A stretch of DNA of 64,000 nt from Lama guanicoe. Taxonomy: Eukaryota. Where the stretch lies: assembly GCA_013239625.1 (NCBI GenBank), contig MU053504.1, positions 808,001-872,000 of the forward strand, read 5' to 3'. The notes beneath the pieces are model-generated. The model searched no databases. It was not told the origin of the DNA and saw only the letters and a program-made list of their open reading frames with translations. This document shows positions 24,393-35,678 of the stretch, piece after piece (within the stretch, counting starts at the first letter, position 1; every line of letters begins with the position of its first letter). The position numbers and the translations under genes are program-made.

Positions 24393-25977
24393 GTGGGAAT
24401 GAGATGGCACCCACGGCCTGGCTGGCCCCAAGCCCATGCTCCCTCCATGGAATCACATTGCTTCTGAGGACCACATTTTCTCCCTCATTCTCTCCCCAAA
24501 TTCACTACCATAGCTTCCACCTAGCTCGGGGCTCAGAAAAAGCTACTGAGCCACTGTTTCTCAGGCTACATTGTCACCAGCCAGTAGGCCAACCAATCTG
24601 AACACACTTGAGAATTGCGAGGAGTGGAGTAGGGGGGTGTTGCCCTGAATCATGGATATTCCTGGGGTCCACGTATCTGGCAAACTGAACCTCCAGGCAG
24701 CACATCTGACACTGCCCACAAGTACCACAAGCACCCATCCTTCATTTGACTGTTAAACAAATACGTTCGGAGGGTAGGACAAATTCCAGGCGTCCCGGAT
24801 CAACAAGTCATCAGAGCTCACGTCCTAGCGGGGGAAGCAGACAGTAAGGAAGCGAGTGATGTATTTATTCCTCTTGATGCTACCCTCGCCTCTACAAGGC
24901 ACTTTACAGTTTATATTACCTAACTTCATCCCCTCAATGATGCCACAAAATAGGGGCCATTTTTCCATTTTACAGAAAGAAACAAAGGCACCCTCCGGGA
25001 ACTTACAGGAGACGTCTTCAAAAACCCAGACCTGTCAAAGAGGCAGCAAGGATTTGAGCCTACTTTGGTCTGGCTGCAACTGCCCCGCCCCCACGGTGTG
25101 CCCTCCGTCCATCAGAGCGATCAGAGCAGGCCCCACTGCCACCAGGATCAATTGCTCCAAGCACCACCAAAATAGCCATCGAAACAAGGGCTTCAACCCA
25201 AAAAGAAAATCAAGCAGGGACACAGGGTTGCCAACTACATAGCAACCCCCTGGCCAAGCTGTTGGTGCCTGATGGTGCTTTAATTATTCATCCTGCTAAA
25301 AGCGCAGACCCGGGGCTTCGGCCTGCTTTCCAGAGCTCGCCCGTGGGGCAGCTGGGTAATGAGTCCAGGCCTATCAGAAAGTCTGGGACACGTCTGCCCA
25401 CAGAATGTTCCCTGGTCCTCCCACAGCAGCACCGTCAGGCACAGAGGAGGATGACAAGGAACCAGGATGCTTCAAAGACACCAGGGCCCAGGCTGGGTTG
25501 TGATTTCGAAGGCCTGCTTTCCATTCCTTCTGGCCCAAGGCCTTTCAGACTCTGAGCTAAGCAGATCCAACCTGGACGGAGCCAGACAGATCTGGCTTAA
25601 ATGTTGGCTCTGTCACTTGCTGTGTGTCTTTGAATGAGTCAGTCACCCCTTCTCATCAGGGACCTTGACTACAAAGTAGAGATTCATTCATATCATAAAT
25701 GAGTATTTGGCCCCTAATATGCACCATGCACTGGATAGAGTCGTGAGGATACAGTCATGAAAGTTGCAGACAAGCCCCTGAACTCACAGCGGGGCTTTTG
25801 TAAAGATGGGAGTTCATATGTCTAAAGCACTGTGTCCCATATATAAGGACTCGATGCATGGTCATTATTATTACTTCTATTATTATAAAAGAATATAGGT
25901 TTTATGTGTGCTATTATTTTCTGTCACCCACCCCATATGATCATTTTTACCACAGCAGAAAAGAACCCCCTATACAC

Positions 25978-26008
<31 letters not shown>

Positions 26009-26182
26009 TACACCAGCCATTTTGGGGGAATTTATTTCCTCCTTCGAAGTTGCCCTTGACATCCATTTTTCCTAGCCTGTGAGGTTTTTGTCTCATTTAT
26101 TTCGCCTGAGTCCTAACCTATTCTAACTGGTCCTGACCTAGTCTGGCATTTAGCCAGGGACCAGTAAACATTCTCTTCACCC

Positions 26183-26560
26183 ACTCATTCATTCATTCAT
26201 TTCCTTGACAAGCATTTATTTAGTCCTACAGTGTGCCAGGTCCTGCTATAATTGAGACAGATGAAGTCCCTGCCCTCCTGAAGTTTACATCTTAGAGGGG
26301 AAGACAGATAGCAGACAGACAGAAAGGACACCTTGCACACAGGCGGGATGGGTGCTAGAAAAGAGTGGGGTGGGTGCATCATTTTGGAACAGCCGGTGAG
26401 GGAAGGTCCCAGATGAGGAGGTGACATCTGTGCAGAGACCTGGGTGGAGTGGAGAAGGGAGACTTGTGAACTTCTGGGAAGAGATCTCTAGGCAGAGGGA
26501 ATAGTATGTGCCAAGTCTGAGCCAGGAAGAAGGCTGGCAAGGAGAGGGAGCTGGTGGGGC
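26183..26560 (-). mobile_element. LINE-2 fragment
   Basis: (CATT)n tail followed by catttatttagtcctacagtgtgccagg. Confidence 0.75.
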
Positions 26561-27729
26561 AGGCTGCCCTGGGTCCCGATCCTGCCACAGTGGGCTGTCA
26601 GGCAGAAGCACAAAACGAGGCACCAGTGACGCCTAGCAACTCCTTAGACTCACTTAGAGCCCTAGGATAGGGGGCTGAGGGGGTATTCCAGACTCCAACC
26701 CCTTCCTGATGAATTGGGGGAACATGGACCAGAGAGGGAAGGGGTTTCCTAAAGTCACACAACCAACAATGGCTGGGTTGGACCCAGATCTTACATGTCC
26801 TAACTCCAGCCAGTGTTGTTTCCATAAAACCACTCATTTTCTTTCTGGAATTAATGGGTCCGGGAAGATACCGGGAGACACAGGGGGTCACACAGTTTCA
26901 GAGACAGACGGGAGAGAGAGAAACTCAGTCTCACTCCACCCCCAGTGGCGCTTGTCCTCGTGCTCAGAGAACCGCGGGGAACAGAGAGAGATGTGCCCCC
27001 TTCCTCGCTCTGCATCTGGGAACCATGGTTACGGCTGCCTTTTGATTGGCAGGGGGTCTGGAACGCCTTCTAGCCACCCCCTGGTTCCTAGATGTTGTGT
27101 CAGAAGCAGGAACAAGGGGCAGGGGACAAGCCAAGGGTCACCCGTTGCCCTGGGATACCACCCGCCGCACCTTCCCCTCCCGAGCCGTTCATCCGGGCAC
27201 CTTGCACCGCCACGAAATCCTTTTTGGAGCTCTGAATTAAAAATAAATTTGCAAGCACATAACCAGATGTTACATGGGGAAAAGATAAATAACTCAGCCT
27301 GTCAAGGAACTGCCTCATCTCAGTCAACCCTCTCTCTTTCACAAGGTTTTAATTTTTAATTTCACAGCGGTAACTATAGCAACCTGCAAAAATAATATAT
27401 TCCAAAGCAAAACAACTTTCTTGGCTCCAGCTTGGCATCTCCATGTTCCCTCCTTCCCTCCTCTCTACCAACTTCATGCAGGTCTGTGCCCAGAGTTGAT
27501 GAATGTTCTCAGCTTTGAACACTCTCATTCATTTAGTAATTAGTTCATTCATATACAGTTATCTCCTGCCACCCAAACCCATGCCACCTCTCAGTTCAGG
27601 GGTCAGGGTGAGGAACAAGGGGTTCAGAATCTCGAGGGATGTCGTGTTAGCCTCAACTATTTGGTTACTAGGTTTTGAGTAAACAGGGACAAGAGTTTGA
27701 TGAGCAAGGAATACTTGGATTCACTGGAA

Positions 27730-28322
27730 GCCTAATTTATTCAGGGACAGTGCTGGGCATTGGGGAAGAGGGAACTGAGGGGGACTGAGCCTGCCTCCAA
27801 GGGGAGACAGTCATTTGAACAGATGATTATAAGAAAATAAGACAAAACTTGAATGTAAAAGGGTGAATAATGTACAAAGGGACACCAAAGAAGGGAGGGG
27901 TTATTGATAGCTAGGGTGGTCTAGGAAGGCTTCAGAGAGGAGGTGACTTCTGAGATGGGTCTTGCCAGATGAGTAGAAGTTTTCTGAGTGACCAGGATAG
28001 GAAAGGGGCATGCCAGGCAGAGGAAACTGCAAGTGCGAAGACAGAGACACAAGAGACGGGTTCGCAGCGCACAAGCACAGAGCCAGGGTCATGTCTCAGG
28101 GGGATGCTGAAGAGGCCAATGGAGGAGAAACAAATTACCTGGGAGGACTTCACCTGGAGGCAAGGGGAGCTCAGCAAAGGACTGGGGATGGACAAAACGT
28201 ATTTCAAAAGGTGACTCTGGGGACAAGTATGGGGAGTGGATTGGAGGGGAGAGAGCCAGTGGGGAAGGCGGGTGGGAGAGGTCTGAAGTGGGGGGTGGCT
28301 GCAGGGAAGAGGATGAGGGCAG
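27730..28322 (-). mobile_element. LINE-2 fragment
   Basis: ggaaggcttcagagaggaggtgac and gcatgccaggcagaggaaactgcaagtgc are L2 signatures. Confidence 0.7.
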
Positions 28323-28323
28323 A

Positions 28324-28735
28324 TGTCTAAGTTCGGGCTCCCTAAGAAGCAGACCCGGAGCCAAGGATTCAAGTTGGTGTGGGAGGTGACCCCAGGAAGC
28401 CATGATGGAGGCTGGGGAAGTGAGACAGGGAAGAGCAAGACGCCAAGGAGTGGTTATTATCAAGCCAATTACCCCCTGGGCAGCTGGGCCGAGCCCTCCG
28501 GGGAGTTCAGGGAGCCAGTGCCCGGGTGCCTCGGAGTCCTGCCTCCTGAGGGCAAAGGAGCTGGAGAACTTGAAGGGCAGTTCCGATATTAATTGGCTGA
28601 GGGCTGCTCGCACTCCCAGGGGCTAGCAGTTCCCTGGCACTTCTGACCTGCCATGCAGGCTGGAGAGCAGGGCAGCCTTCGGGGGCCAGAGAAGGTGCCC
28701 ACAGACTCCTGGGCCTGCAGCTGGACGAAGGCCAT
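28324..28735. mobile_element. ERVL solo LTR, LTR16-like
   Basis: tgtctaagttcgggctccctaagaagcagacccggagccaaggattcaag...tgggaggtgaccccaggaagc...attggctgagggctgctc. Confidence 0.7.
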
Positions 28736-30454
28736 TGTGCCCCGAAACAGGAAAGAAAGGCCTGGGGGCCAAGGGTGGGGCCCCACCGGCTTCTGCCCCC
28801 ATAATGTTCTACTGGACGGCGAGTGTCCATGATGGGAGAGCCTGACTTCTGGGAGGTGGGCAGGCACACTGGCATCTGCATCCCAGTTCAAGGAATAAGG
28901 CGACGTACCCCAAGGAAGGAAGGACCGGAAGCCATCCTGGATTGGGGAGGCCAAGTCTGGGCAGCAGGCCCAGGGCAGCCCTCAGGGCCCGCCTTGGGTA
29001 GACCAGACCTTCTTTCCAAATGGAGTCCTGTCCCAGCGAAACAGAGCTGCCCCCTCAGTCCCTGATTCAAAGTGGAACATGCAAGAAAATGTGTCGAGTG
29101 GGAACAGTGCACATTCAAGGATGTGTCTGTGGCAGGGATGTGTGACCTCAGGTTAGGGACATCACCTCCCCTGGCCTCAGTTCCTCATCTGTAATAAGAA
29201 GTGGCTCACAGAAGTGCCTACTGCATAGGCTTGTTGTAAGGGTGTAATTAGATGATGTATCGTGATGCCTGGAAGCCACCTAATACACATTACCTGCTAT
29301 TACTGTTATTTTCAGCAATAGTCTTTGAGCAAGACACACATGCTGGGCCCTGGGGGCATCCAACAGACTCGGTTCCTGCCGCTGCCCTCATGCTGCCTGC
29401 AGCCTCGCGGACGTGCAGAAATGCTTTAGGTGACACGTTAAAGAAAGCAGGATGGGAAATTATGCATAGCACGAATCTAATTTTGTTTAAACGCACACAT
29501 TCATGAAGGCCCGAGGGACAGACACCAACACGTAAGGACAGGTAACACTGAACGCTGGAGTTGAAGGTGGGCTTGCATTTTTACAATGCTGTTCTGGGTT
29601 TTTGGTTTTTTTTTTCCTTTCTTTTAGAATTTCACAATGGGTTGTATTATTTGAATAGTCATTTTCTGAAAAGAAAAGGAAAACAAACATGCTTCTCTCT
29701 GGGACTCCCTGCCCCCCACAAATTCCATCCGCTGCTTCCAGACGCCGCGGGAGCTCCCCTCCCCCACCACGTTAGCGCATGTTTGCTGGGACATCGCAGG
29801 GTTCGGGGCCTGGCCTCACCACCCCCCCTCCCCCGGCAGCAGCGCCCTATCGGGACAGGGGAGCGGGGCACCCTGAGAGCGACAATCCTGGACTGATGAT
29901 CACTGTGAAGAAGCGCTTTGCTCTGCCTCTGGGGTCTGAGGACAGGGGTCTGTGTGTGTCTGTCTACCTGTGACGCACACAGACAAGACGCTGAGGGTCA
30001 GTTCCACCTGCCGGCAGGCCCAAGCCACGTTCTCTAAGTGGCTTTCTCCACGTTTGCTCTTCAGCCCTTGGCTCCTGGGTCTCCTACTCAGTCTGATTTG
30101 ATGTGGGGGGCAGAGGGGAAAGCAGTTATTTTTGATACCATAAAATCACATGGTCCACACCTGGCTCCCGGAAACGGGCTATTAATACAGATAATAATTA
30201 GCCACCGAGGTTTCTCATTTTCTACCCATTTTGACATCTAGAACAGTGTGATGGGCCCAAGGCTCTTGGAAAGTTCCAGTAAGGCCCCCTTTAGTGAACT
30301 TGATGGGATTACTGTCTGAATGCCTTCTTGAGAAAACGGCCCCTCCCCCACACCATGTGGGTTTTGCGGGGCTTCCATGAAAACCAATCAGACAAGGGTG
30401 GTCACAGGTCCCCTGCAGGACCAAAGGGGTTTTTCTGGGCTTGGCATATGGATT

Positions 30455-30572
30455 TATATACACCTGTGTGTATATATGTATATATATGTATATATATATA
30501 TATACACACACATATATTATATCTATATGTGTGTATATATATATATATTCCACACACACACACACACACACA
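30455..30572. repeat. Compound (TA)n/(CA)n microsatellite
   Basis: Directly visible alternating TA, TG and CA runs. Confidence 0.95.
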
Positions 30573-30989
30573 CGTATTTATTTATGGATATATGATGTGT
30601 GAAAGAAGGAAGTCCTCTCTTCTGCTCAGGCTTGCTGATCCTGGGGCGCACGGGTCTGGGACTCCCGATTAGTGGCCATCTTTCCTACCACACACTGAGA
30701 GCCTGCTTGTAGGATAAAGCCAAGCAGAAAAGAGGACTGTGTTGAGTTCCTCTGTCCAGCCATTCCGGAAACTGACTTCCTCAATCTGAACCAATGCCTT
30801 TCCTTTTTTCCCTTTAAGTGAATTCAAGTTGGATTTTTGTCCATTGAATCCAAAAGAATCCAGATCAGCATTGTGGAGTGAACATCTATTGGTTAGAAGT
30901 TTGGCCAAATGCATGCCCCCTTCCTAATCAGCCTCATTGTTTAGGAAAATTGTCTATCACTGAAAACGTTTGGAGGAATTTCTGGATGA

Positions 30990-31320
30990 CCATACCACTC
31001 CCTCCTTCACTCCCAGGTCACTACCTGGCTCCCCAGATGGACCAGCTGAGCAGGATGTAAGCCCCTTCCAAGCCTGCCTGTAAAACTTCCTACAGGGTCC
31101 TCCATCCCCTCCCCTCCACTGGGGGATGCAGAAGATCCAGGAAAGAATTCCAGTCCCCAAAAGATGACAAAGGCACTGGAGGAAAGGCCCTGGAGCTCTG
31201 AATGGCTGTGAGGAGTTGACCCGTGTAGGGCCGAAATGCATGAGAAATAAACAGTGTTGTATTAAGTCACTAAGATTTGGGGGTTGTTTGTTACAGCAGC
31301 TGTCCTGCCCCGAACAATAT
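30990..31320 (+). mobile_element. MaLR solo LTR 3' part (MLT1)
   Basis: catgagaaataaacagtgttgtattaagtcactaagatttgggggttgtttgttacagcag is the MLT1 3' end with its poly(A) signal. Confidence 0.8.
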
Positions 31321-32139
31321 AGTATGGGGACACTTTGGAGATGGTACTGGAGAGATTCAGAGCTTTTCAGCCACAAATATATACTGAGCTCCTGTTCTGT
31401 GCCTGCAAGGCCCTGGGTTTCTCTTCACTCTACTCTGCCCAAGATTGCCTCCTTCCTATCCGTCTTCTCCACCTGGACCATAAGCTCCCCAAGAGCCAGG
31501 TCCTTATCTACTCCCTCAGTGTTGCATTTCCGGTATCTAGTTTAGTGCCAGGCTCATGACATATCAACTGATTGGTTTTGCAAAATGATCAGACGTACAA
31601 AATCGTTGTGAGGCTTAAGTGAGGTTCCAAGGGTGATGCTACATGGTACACAGTAGGTCCGCAGCAAGTCGCCCCAGACACATATGGTCTGGCGAAGGCC
31701 TTTAGACTTGGACTTGTCCTACCCCGAACCCTCCAGGGTCAGTTCTCTCTTGTCCCTGGTTGGCCCCAGACTACCTGCCGGAGGTGGTGCCCAGGCAGTG
31801 CGGGGCAGGGGATGTGACCCGCTGCCTCTCTGGGGAAGCCCCAGCCCCAGAGGGTTTGGGCTGTGGGAGGGGTGATGTGACACTTCAGGAAATCATATTC
31901 CAAAAGATCTTGCAGTGTTAGCAGACTTCTCACCCTTGCCTCCGTGTAGAGGTGGGTGTGGGATGTCTGATACACTTCTAGGGTAAAGCTTCCCTTTTAA
32001 CAGTTTGAAATCTCATCTCAGGAAAGGTTAACTCCTTGTACCCTACTTGCTGGAGGCAGGGTCCAGGGATCTAGCCCAAGACTCAGGGGATAACATGCAA
32101 ACTGCACGCCTGGGTTGAGGACAAAGGCAGGTGTCCAAG

Positions 32140-32345
32140 TAGCATAATGTGGTAGCTAATAGTTTGAGCTCTGGACCAGAGTGCCTGGGTTCTAATCCTG
32201 CCTCTGGCTACTTATTAGCTATGAGACATTGAACTACTTAGATTAGAGGAGTCTCAGTTTTCTCATCTATGAAGTGAGATAATAATAATAGTAACCACAC
32301 TAGAGAGTTGTTAGGAAAATTAAATTAGTCAATACAAGTCAGGTG
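32140..32345 (+). mobile_element. MIR SINE
   Basis: gcctgggttctaatcctgcctctg...ctcagttttctcatctatgaagtgagataataatagta. Confidence 0.85.
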
Positions 32346-32702
32346 TGTGACACCCTGTGACCGCTGGCTGCTCTCTCCGGTGGTGGGTGATGCGAATTTC
32401 ATGTCTTTACTCTTGTGAGAGTACAAACCATTTAAAAGTTCTGCTTTCATTAACTCTGCAGTTGCCCTATGCTGTATGTATATGATTGGATCTTTAGGAT
32501 TCTACTTACGACATTTCAGCAGGTAGGCAGTAAATTCTTCCCTCCTGCGGAGGAGCTGGGTTCCCACTACATCCCCTTGCTTGCTGTGTGACCTTGGGTA
32601 AGCCCTTTGCCATCTCTGAGCCTCAGTCTCCTTATCAGAAAATAGAGAAAGCGTCTTGCAGAGGGATGATGAGGATAAAATGAGACCACTGCTGCTGTTT
32701 GT

Positions 32703-33200
32703 GTTTATTCAACAATTGCTCTTTTTGAGAACCCGTTAAGTGCCAGGCACTGTTCTAGTCTCCAGGGGAAACAGCCATGAACAAAGCAGGCACGACCCCT
32801 GTCCTGATGCAGCTGACGTGACCACAAGGGCTGCCAGACACTAAGCAAATAAGTAAAATTATGTAGCATATCAGATGGTGATAAGTGTTCTAAAAAAATA
32901 ATAATTAAACCAAAAGGAGAATAAGGAGTGAGGCGAGGAGGCAGTGCAGTTTTTAAATAGGACGGCCCAGGGAAAGCTTCTCTAAAAGGAACTTGGCAAG
33001 GTGAGGGGCCCGCGTACGCAGCTCAGAGAAGAGCTTTGCAGGCAGAAGGGCCACATGCTGCCTGGCCTGTTCCGAGGCGTGTGGCTGGAGCCGTGTGAGC
33101 AAGAAGTGACTGGCTGGAGGTGAGATCAGAGGAGTGGCAGGAGTCAGCAGGACAGGGCGTGGCTGGCCACAGCAGGGACCCGGGCTTCTCTCCCCGCCTG
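32703..33200 (-). mobile_element. LINE-2 fragment
   Basis: tttattcaacaa...gtgccaggcactgttctag start and an L2-like purine-rich body. Confidence 0.7.
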
Positions 33201-35261
33201 CGCTGGGAGCCACGGGAGCCTCCCCAGCAGAGGAGGACGCAACATCACTTTCATCTTACCAGCAGAGCGGAACTCAGGTGACAAGATGGGACTGTAGCAG
33301 CCTCTTCCCCTTTGCAGGAGGGAGGAGGGGCCCATGGGCCCTGCCCGCCTGGGCAGACATGCTCCGCTCATTCTGCCCTCCAGCCCTCCTCAACCAAACT
33401 GGCAAGCCCCCGCCTGGGGCTCTGCTCCCACTTCCCTCCCCCACTTCTCTGTCTTGACTCCTGCTTGTCTTCTGATCTAGGCTGCATCCCACCTCCTCTG
33501 GGAAGCCAGCCCAGAGCCCTAAACTGCCCTCAGCCCTCCATTCCCAGAGAACAGAGAAGCGAGATCAGGGGACAGGTCTCAGCATCCAAGCACTTGGTTC
33601 AAATCCTCCCTATTTAGAATCCCTGTGCCTCAGTGTCCTTCATCTATAAAATGAGGGTAATGATAACAGACTCACCCCCATGTAAGCGGAATCCCCAGGG
33701 TCCAACATGCAAAATGCAGCGCAGTGCAATCACAGAGTCCATGAACATCAGAGCTTTAGCTGGTCTGCGCTGTCACAAGAGTAAAGACACGAAACTCACA
33801 CGACCTGCCGCCACGCAAGGCTTGCTCCCTAACCTTCCCTCGCCCCACTTCCCAGCCAACCCAAGGCTGTCCACAATTCAGAACAGGTGCTGGACCAAGG
33901 CTGGCTGTTCCTCACCACTCAAACTCCGCTCACCACCTGCGGAGAGGGGGAACGGGCCCACACATACAACATCGGGTATGCCTGGCGTGTTAGGTGAATG
34001 TCAGTTGCTGTCTCGGCACCCATCCTACCACGTGGTAAGGACTCCCTTCCTCCTTGGCTCGCCCCCAGCCTGTGAGAGAGATGCAGGAAATGACCACAAG
34101 TGTCACCAATGCTTGATATACAACAAGGGCTCAATAAATGTTCATTGGAGGCAACCCTAGCACAGCTAGAGGTGTGTGTGTGTGTCTTAGCTGTACCGTT
34201 TCCTAGCTATTTGGCCTGGGGTGAGTCACTCTACTTCTCTGAGTCCAGTGGACACGGTGGTTCATTAGAGCCTGGCAGCATCTGGGCAGAGAAAGCTCTT
34301 GGGAGGCACAGGCTGGGCTCCCAGCAAGACCCAGTGAGGCTCGCGGGGGCTGGGGCCTATAGCAACAGGTGGGGGCGTGAGAGACTCATTGTTTCTGCTC
34401 CATCAGTGCTTCTGTGTTTGGTAGGCTTTCCCTGGGCTCAGAGAAGAGCAGGTCTCTCTGGGACCTCCTGCATGAATGACCCCTGGGCATCTAGATACTT
34501 CCTGACAGCAAGCAAGAGTGAGCTCGCACTTACTAGCTCTAGGTGCTGCTCTGTGAACTTTTCCCGTTCCATCTCAGAGGCGGCTTGTCAATAGCCCTTT
34601 GAAATAGGTCTTCCTAGTGTCTCCAGTTTGCAGGTGAGGAAACTGAGGAGCAAAAAAGCTAAGGAGCTTGCCAGGGTCCCACAGGTAGTAAGCACTGGAG
34701 CCCCTGCTCTGTCTGCCTGGTGGGGCCACCAGCCAGCAGCTCCCCGAGCCAGAGTGGCCTGGAGGCGGGATGAGCTAAAGCCTCACTCACCACCTGGTTT
34801 CTCCTCGCCCCACAGAAGCTTTCTGCTCCAGAGCAGCCTAGGCTGGTGGTTAGAGCCAGGACCTCTTCCAAAGCCAGGCACCTGGGCTTGAAGCCTGGCT
34901 CTGCCCTTGATTCTCCAAGCCTCAGTTTCCTCGTCCGGAATGGGAGGGATGGGACCTATCCCACTGGGCTGTTGTGATGGTCAAGCGAAGGCCATGTCTA
35001 GAGGGACAGAGGTCCATGGTCAATAGCGCTCGCCCTCCGACCGGATGGCCCCTTCTCCTGGTCTGCGGACTCCTCCCCACGTGTCTCTTCCTGCTTTACT
35101 GTGCTCCTGCTCTCTGCCTTCTCTTCCGAGGCATATCTGTCTGGCTTTGAAGAGCTTCTCTTTGTCGCTTTCCTCGCTTTCTCACTCCCTTCTGGGTCCT
35201 AAGTCCTGGCTCTGAATTATGTGCTGCATAAACTTAAGCAGAGGGCAGAGCAGCCATCTGA

Positions 35262-35457
35262 CAGGGGACACCTCAAACTTTACTCTCTAGAAAATTCCCC
35301 TGGGAACTCACTAAATGCAGATTCCTGGTCCCATGCCAGAGGTTCTGATTCCGTAGGTTCAGGGTAGGGCAAGGAACCTGCGTTTTAACCAGCACCCTCT
35401 CCCGTCACCTTCCAGATGAGATAGGCTGGCTCTTGGACTATACTTGGAAAAGCACTG
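35262..35457. mobile_element. MER5-family element, apparently inserted within a MIR
   Basis: aaatgcagattcctggtccc...gaggttctgattccgtagg...ctgcgttttaacc. The MIR core resumes at ~35461 (agtttcttcatctgtaaaatggg) after a MIR-like start at ~35200. Confidence 0.7.
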
Positions 35458-35647
35458 TATTAACCCTTAGTTTCTTCATCTGTAAAATGGGAGTAAACAG
35501 AACCCACCTCCCAGGATTGTAAAGATGAGATGAAATGATTTGTCTGGAAAACGGTGCATGCTTCTTCATTTTTTTCCCCCTGTCTTGGCTTTTGCATGAT
35601 TTCTTTTCTCTCTGTCTTTCCCATTCTCTGTTTCTGGTGTTTTCTTA

Positions 35648-35678
35648 TCTCTCTCTCTCTCTCTCTCTCTCCTCTCTC
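35648..35678. repeat. (CT)n microsatellite
   Basis: Directly visible. Confidence 0.9.

Noticed and set aside
29425..29436. TTTAGGTGACAC, 12 nt of the SP6 promoter (possible vector contamination)
   Set aside because: The match stops before TATAG and the flanks are ordinary genomic sequence; chance match.
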